Below, in pieces: positions 59,801 to 64,000 of a DNA stretch of 64,000 bases. Within the stretch, counting starts at the first letter, position 1. The number at the start of each line of letters is the position of its first letter. The notes below the pieces were generated by a model. The model was not told the origin of the DNA and ran no database searches. It worked only from the letters and a program-made list of their open reading frames with translations. Source of the DNA: an uncultured Planctomycetota bacterium (GTDB taxonomy: Bacteria; Planctomycetota; Planctomycetia; Isosphaerales; Isosphaeraceae); NCBI GenBank assembly GCA_963737655.1, contig CAVTTN010000002.1, positions 4,480,001 through 4,544,000 of the forward strand, written 5' to 3'. A program made the position numbers and the translations under genes.

Positions 59801-60651
59801 GGCAGCTCGTCAAGGCGGTGGACGACAAGGGGCAAGTCGATCTCAATCAGGTGTACAACGGACCGCCGGGCGACCTCCAGGCCTTCGGCTATGCCGAGGT
59901 GAACAGCCCGTCGGCGAGGAAGGCGGACGTGGTCTGCGGCTCCGACGACACCCTGACGCTCTGGGTCAACGGCAAGGAAGTCTATGATTTCGCCGACCGT
60001 CGCGGGTTCGACCCCAACGCCAAGAGGCTCCAGGTCGACCTGACCGAGGGGGTCAACCGGATCATCGCCCGGTGCGGCAATCGCGGAGGGCCGTGGCAAT
60101 TCTCGGTCGCGGTGACGGTGCCGGCGGAGTACGCCTTCCTCAAGGCCGCGCCCAGCGAGGCGTTCGACGCCGAGTCGTACCGCCGGTTCGCGATGGGCCG
60201 CCCGGGGAATCCCGCCAAGGGCCGGGCCCTGTTCGCCGACCTCAAGGGCCTGGCCTGCGTGAAGTGCCACGCCGTCGGCGGCCAGGGTGGGGCCGTCGGG
60301 CCCGACCTCTCGGACATCGGGGCCCGTTATCCGAAAGACGAGATCATTCAATCGATCCTCTATCCCTCGGCCAGGATCTTCTCGGGCTACGAGCCGAACA
60401 TCGTCGCCACCACCGACGGCCGGACCCTCACCGGGATCGTCAAGAGCGACACCGCCGAGGCCCTCGAACTCGTGGACGCCGAGGCCAGGACGATCCGCAT
60501 CCCCAGGGCCGACATCGACGCGAGGAAAGTCAGCGACGTCTCCCTGATGCCCACCGGACTGGCCGAAGGACTCTCCCGGACCGACTTCGCCGACGTCATC
60601 GCCTACCTCGAAACCCTCAAGGACAAGCCCCCCGCGGCGAAGAAGCCCTGA
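56899..60651 (+). CDS. PVC-type heme-binding CxxCH protein with long HEAT-repeat region
   Basis: KVPEGFEAKL, DADGDGKAE, FGMDGKLYISVGD, FRPIDV…VADW, HEAT repeats, CVKCHAVGGQGGAVGPDLS, SLMPTGL. Confidence 0.9.
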   Translation: MPLASLRRALPAMLGLALSLASLAPSTALAAKPKVPEGFEAKLAAAVPAIEFPCQVATAPDGAFFVAEDPMDQVGPYEAFHGRVLRFKEIGAEPTVFADGFRAVQGMAWHDGSLYVCHMPFLTVCKDADGDGKAESKTILFKDLGPTDNRGLNDHIVSGLQFGMDGKLYISVGDKGVPLAHGIDGRTATIEGGGCLRCNPDGTGLEVYSTGTRNHLEVNLDALDNIFTYDNTDDGLGWWTRVTHHIDGGYYGYPYDYHPRPDRHLPRMAEYGGGSPCGAAFYKEDAWPEKYRGMGFWAEWGKGKVQAFKFERQGASFRVAETIDFAVKDDGLDFRPIDVAFSHDGKTLFVADWGTGGWGNAKEKIGRVWAITYTGKVETKLRRAEGDESLHHLEGSLMHPAFSERMKAQEDLIRLARKDAETLRLARMHLLANGPLPQPLTHPLIKRHLVWVINAVEGDRPSGRDALIGALRATDAEVRAQAARALGERGTKEAVAPLAKALRDDDPSVRLHALIALGRIGDPDAVPAIVPLTADSDPFLAFAARAALRRIGDWKTIGEAGLASADPRVRMAVLAAMESQYDLAAAGELIKHAMGPDHPPAERAKALFYLSQVHRKSKPWDGRWWGTRPADGKPRPKDIEWDGTRGILETVRAELSDPDPAVRIAAFDAVRTTNDRGSLPGLRERFSKDTDENIRRDIALILGEMGDVEALPLLTAALRDPKAAETVRDAALKAVEEIGSDSATSALLELLAKPDLAADRARRVIAALGRFKATAAVAPLVARLGDPSAPVRAASAEALGRIGKLDGVGPALRGKLDDLDLDVRKAAIQALGTLKDREAIPALILASGKADTRFEASLALTALPDIRSLQTYLHGLSDRNPDLRRASSLAVAAIRDQAAPVLSRLAERHELPAPALPELTKIYTGVQPIGQWQILGPFKIDGPPPFAVTAPVDLLRDYPGATDKAARWQLVKAVDDKGQVDLNQVYNGPPGDLQAFGYAEVNSPSARKADVVCGSDDTLTLWVNGKEVYDFADRRGFDPNAKRLQVDLTEGVNRIIARCGNRGGPWQFSVAVTVPAEYAFLKAAPSEAFDAESYRRFAMGRPGNPAKGRALFADLKGLACVKCHAVGGQGGAVGPDLSDIGARYPKDEIIQSILYPSARIFSGYEPNIVATTDGRTLTGIVKSDTAEALELVDAEARTIRIPRADIDARKVSDVSLMPTGLAEGLSRTDFADVIAYLETLKDKPPAAKKP

Positions 60652-60767
60652 GGGGAATCGTCCGAGGGGAAGTTGTCGGTCGGGCGACGCACCTCGTTCG
60701 TGCGCCCCCCGACCGACATCCGTCGACTTCCCCGCCGACCACCGACCACTCCGAAGCCGGTCCCAAT

Positions 60768-61508
60768 ATGTCGAATCATGAAAATCCGTCGTCGCGGAAA
60801 CGCGAGCGCAGCACGCGTTATCCGGGGAGCACCCTGGCCGAGAGCGTGGACCTGTGCCGGTTCGTGGAGTCGAAGGGGCTGGACGGCCTGCCCGCCACCG
60901 AGATCGCCACGGCGCTGGGCTATAAGAGCGTGAAGACCAATACCTTTTCTTCGCGCCTGAGCGCCGCCCGGCAGTTCGGCCTCCTGGAGCTGAAGGACGA
61001 GGGGTACGCGCTCACCGCCCTGGCCCGGTCGATCCTCCACCCGGTCGACCCGGCCGACCTGCCGCAGCTCCTCCGCCGGGCGCTGGTCGAACCCCCGCTG
61101 TACGCCGAGCTCGCCGCGAGGCTCGACGGCCGGAAGGTGCCCGAGGCGGCGATCCTCGCCAATGTCCTCTATCATCAACACCAGATCATTTCAACCGCGA
61201 AGGACGCCGCCGCCGAGGTCTTCCTCGAATCGGCCCGGTTCGCCGGCGCCCTGGGCGGCGACGGCGCCTTCTCCCCCCACGGGACCGCCGCCAACACCCC
61301 CGCCCCCGACTCCCGGACGGGGCCGCCCCCCCTCACCAAATCTCCCAATCCTCCCGAACCCCCCAGCTCGACCGTTCGGATCGACCTCCGCCTCTGGGGG
61401 GCCGACGAGGGCAAGACCCTCCGCGTCCGCGCCCCCGAGTCGATCTCCGCCGAGAGCTTCGACCGGCTCATTCAGACGCTCAAATTACACATTCGTATCG
61501 ATTCTTGA
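60768..61508 (+). CDS. Hypothetical winged-helix-like DNA-binding protein
   Basis: RYPGSTLAES…EIATALGYKS…FSSRLSAARQFGLLE…YALTALARSIL. Confidence 0.65.
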   Translation: MSNHENPSSRKRERSTRYPGSTLAESVDLCRFVESKGLDGLPATEIATALGYKSVKTNTFSSRLSAARQFGLLELKDEGYALTALARSILHPVDPADLPQLLRRALVEPPLYAELAARLDGRKVPEAAILANVLYHQHQIISTAKDAAAEVFLESARFAGALGGDGAFSPHGTAANTPAPDSRTGPPPLTKSPNPPEPPSSTVRIDLRLWGADEGKTLRVRAPESISAESFDRLIQTLKLHIRIDS

Positions 61509-61621
61509 CGGATTAGATGTCTTACTATCATAAAATGCGAATTCGGCCCATCTCGAAGCCGGGCGATTCGCCACCTTCCTGAAGATCAAGACCTCCAATC
61601 ATCACGATCTTCGCGCGGGAA

Positions 61622-61656
61622 GAACTTGACGACACTTCGGGCGAACTTGACGACAC
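61622..61656 (+). repeat. Direct repeat GAACTTGACGACAC x2, 21-bp period
   Basis: Copies at 61622-61635 and 61643-61656 in a long non-coding gap. Confidence 0.8.
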
Positions 61657-61975
61657 ATTTCGGCCGAAATCGTCGAAATGGGCGGAATTTGCAGGGAATC
61701 GTCGCGCGCAGTCGGCGTGACCATCGCCAGGATTCGCACGTGAACGTCTTTTGGCGATTTGCGGCGCAAATCTCGCTGGAATTGGGACTTCCCGCCACCG
61801 AATCCTTTCGGCGAATCATCCCTCAAAGAGCCGTTTTGCGTCCGAATCGGCGGACGGCTCGGCCTCCGCTCGTGTCGGCCGGTTCGACGATTTCGAAGCG
61901 ATCGGAGGGTGTCACCCCCGCTCGTCCGAGCCATTTGGGGTGATCGCCGGGGCTGGCCGGTCGCGATGATCCCTC

Positions 61976-62398
61976 TCAGGAGGTACGGACCTCGATCCGC
62001 CGGGCCCGGGCGCGGTCGGCCCGGGGCAGGGTCAGCCGGAGGACGCCGTCTCGCAGCTCGGCGCGGATCTGGTCGCGCTGGACCTCGTCGCTGAGGATGA
62101 ACGAGCGGTAGTACTCGACGGTCCGCGTTTCCTCATGAAGCACCCGCGCCCCTTCGGGCACGGGTCTCGCCACGCGAGCGTGCAGGTGGAGGATATTTTG
62201 TTCCAGCTCGACCCTCAACGACGAATCGGCGACTCCAGGCAGGTCGGCCTCCAGGATCAACCCCTCGGGCCCCTCGTGGATGTCGATGGCCGGACTGGCC
62301 GCCGAGGCCGGCGCCTGGAGGGTGGGCGGAGAGTCGGGCTCGCCGGCCGCGCCGCCGGGCGTCGTCGAGATCCGGATCGATCGGTGTTCGCCGTTCAT
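61976..62398 (-). CDS. Hsp20/alpha-crystallin small heat-shock protein
   Basis: PAIDIHE…LEADLPGV…YYRSFIL…AELRDGVLRLTLPR. Confidence 0.92.
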   Translation of the reverse strand: MNGEHRSIRISTTPGGAAGEPDSPPTLQAPASAASPAIDIHEGPEGLILEADLPGVADSSLRVELEQNILHLHARVARPVPEGARVLHEETRTVEYYRSFILSDEVQRDQIRAELRDGVLRLTLPRADRARARRIEVRTS

Positions 62399-62434
62399 CG
62401 CGGTACCCCCGTCTTTCGACCGATCTCGTGGTCC

Positions 62435-62863
62435 TCAAAAGGTTTTGGACACAAGGATCTGCCTCGACGGGGTCTCCGCCGCCCGGGGCAGGAGGACCGT
62501 CAAGACCCCGAGCTCGTAGCGGGCCGAGACGGCCTCGCCATCGACCCGACCGGGCAGGGTGACGCTCCGGGTCCATCGGCCGAACGGCCTCTCCTGCCGC
62601 CGATAGCTCTCCTCGGCGACGGTCTCCGATCGCTTTCGTTCGCCTCGGATCGTCAAGGTTTCGCCGCTGAGTGCCAGGTCGAGGGTCGAGGGGTCGATCC
62701 CCGGCATCTCGGCGACGATCACGAACCGATCGGCGGCTTCGTAGAGGTTCAACGGGGGGAATGGCCGGGCGGCCCGGAACGGTTCGAGGGTCTCGAACAG
62801 CCGCCCGACCTCGCGCCGGAGCTCGCCGATCGGGTCCCATCGCCTCGGGTGAATGCCCGACAT
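62435..62863 (-). CDS. Hsp20/alpha-crystallin small heat-shock protein
   Basis: FPPLNLYE…AEMPGI…LTIRGERK…RQERPFGRWTRSVTLP…ARYELGVLTVLLPR. Confidence 0.92.
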   Translation of the reverse strand: MSGIHPRRWDPIGELRREVGRLFETLEPFRAARPFPPLNLYEAADRFVIVAEMPGIDPSTLDLALSGETLTIRGERKRSETVAEESYRRQERPFGRWTRSVTLPGRVDGEAVSARYELGVLTVLLPRAAETPSRQILVSKTF

Positions 62864-62908
62864 CCTCGCCTCCTCGCCCGTTTGGATCGGCCGGATGCGA
62901 AGACCTGA

Positions 62909-62924
62909 TGCAGGATGCATGCCG
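62909..62924 (-). promoter_or_regulatory. Putative sigma54 (-24/-12) promoter of the hsp20 pair
   Basis: Minus strand CGGCATGCATCCTGCA = GG-N10-GC, close to TGGCACG-N4-TTGC, ~45 nt upstream of the ATG. Confidence 0.55.
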
Positions 62925-63412
62925 CAAGCCAGGGAGCCGCGGACATCCCGGCGGTCTTCGTGCCGAAGTACGGGGAAGGCAACGACTTGCAATTTTTTTC
63001 ATTTTGAGACGCGAGGGCCTGGTGCGGTGCCGTGAACGCGGGCGACTGTCGTAATGGCAGAGAATTCCGGCGCCGGGACGCAGGCCGCGAGTTCTGCCGT
63101 TCTGGCATCCGCCGAGCAACGGCCCCGGCCGTTCTCGGAATCGCTCGGGGGATTCTGGCGTCGCCCTTGCCTGGAGTCGGGTTGGGCCGGTCCGCGGCGG
63201 CGGACCGGAGGAAATCGGCCGATCGGCGGGCGGGTTCGGTCCGGAATTCCTCCGAAGATTGCGAATTCGGCGAGCGTCTCCGGCGGATAGTTCTAGAAGA
63301 GGGGTGAGGGATCGGGTTAGAATGGGTGATAGGATGGGCCCGATGGGGCCCGTTCTCTCCGATCGAGACGGGCTTCCCCTCGCCGCTCCAACCGCCTGGC
63401 GGACCCGCCGTT

Positions 63413-64000
63413 ATGATGCGCACCGTGCATTGCCCGAAGTGCCGGGTTGAGCTGACGATCCCCGAGGCGGCCGGCTCCCGCCGGCTGAAATGCCCGAGCT
63501 GCGGCGAGCGGTTCTACCCGCCGGCCGTGGCGGGGGGCACGCCTCGGCCGGCGTCGCCGAAGATCTCGGCTCCGGCGAAGAAGGCGAAGGTGCCGCCGTC
63601 CTCGGGCCAGGTCCCGGCCGGGGGCCGCGGTCCGGGGGCCTCGGACCTCCCGCCGTCTCCGCGAGACCTCCGCGAGACGTTCGACCTGGCCTCCTTGGGC
63701 GAGGACACGGGCCCGCCCCGCCGTTCGCCGACCATCCCGCCGGATATGGCCGATGTGAACGTGCTGTTCAAGGACGACGACGACCTCCCTCGGCGAAGGC
63801 CCCAGGCCGAGGCCCGCTCCAAGGCCCGACGGTGCCCGACGTGCGGGTCGGTCATCCCGGTGGGGATGTCGCTCTGCGGGACGTGCGGGCTCGACCTGGA
63901 CACCGGCCAGAGGATCGACCTGGTCCCCGAGTACGAGGCCCCTCCGCCTCCGCCCGCCCCGCCGGGCCCGCCGGTTTCGGTGGCGATCATCGGCCTGCTG
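63413..64000 (+). CDS. Zinc-ribbon-containing hypothetical protein, 3'-truncated by window edge
   Basis: MMRTVHCPKC…LKCPSCGERF, Pro-rich linker, RCPTCG…LCGTCG, then the start of a hydrophobic segment. Confidence 0.7.
   Translation, partial: MMRTVHCPKCRVELTIPEAAGSRRLKCPSCGERFYPPAVAGGTPRPASPKISAPAKKAKVPPSSGQVPAGGRGPGASDLPPSPRDLRETFDLASLGEDTGPPRRSPTIPPDMADVNVLFKDDDDLPRRRPQAEARSKARRCPTCGSVIPVGMSLCGTCGLDLDTGQRIDLVPEYEAPPPPPAPPGPPVSVAIIGLL

Noticed and set aside
30750..60651. Two PVC-type heme-binding proteins, CRTAC1 and several Tat oxidoreductases as a novel system
   Set aside because: These are highly expanded families in planctomycetes and are unlinked here.

Overview
GC-rich bacterial chromosomal window that looks like a planctomycete, probably Isosphaeraceae-like. 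This is inferred from DUF1559, two PVC-type heme-binding CxxCH proteins, DUF1570, CRTAC1/ASPIC-UnbV, Uma2, an ECF sigma/anti-sigma pair and Tat-exported Gfo/Idh/MocA enzymes. Core and metabolic genes include tRNA-Ala(TGC), ygfZ-like, pyrG, nagA-like, cobA-hemD, tatC, an M16 peptidase, a cytochrome c peroxidase, a hybrid histidine kinase and two Hsp20 genes. The most notable unannotated structure is an integron-type cassette array with no integrase in the window (about 54.2-56.6 kb). It has two clear attC sites, a candidate attI/Pc end and two paralogous secreted-protein cassettes, next to an AT-richer toxin-antitoxin/hypothetical patch. The intergenic space holds at least six palindromic repeat families. 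One is a ~140-bp MITE with terminal inverted repeats and 9-10 bp target duplications that carries a REP doublet and inserts into other palindromes or at a gene start. There is also an in-frame TGA in a DUF1559 gene, an apparent HicA-HicB fusion, a degenerate Ser/Thr kinase and a sigma54-type promoter architecture upstream of the Hsp20 pair. Several conserved genes, including pyrG, carry single-base frameshifts, mostly in G/C runs, so sequencing or assembly indels are likely and fusions or pseudogenes must be read with caution. All calls come from visual motif recognition; no searches were run.
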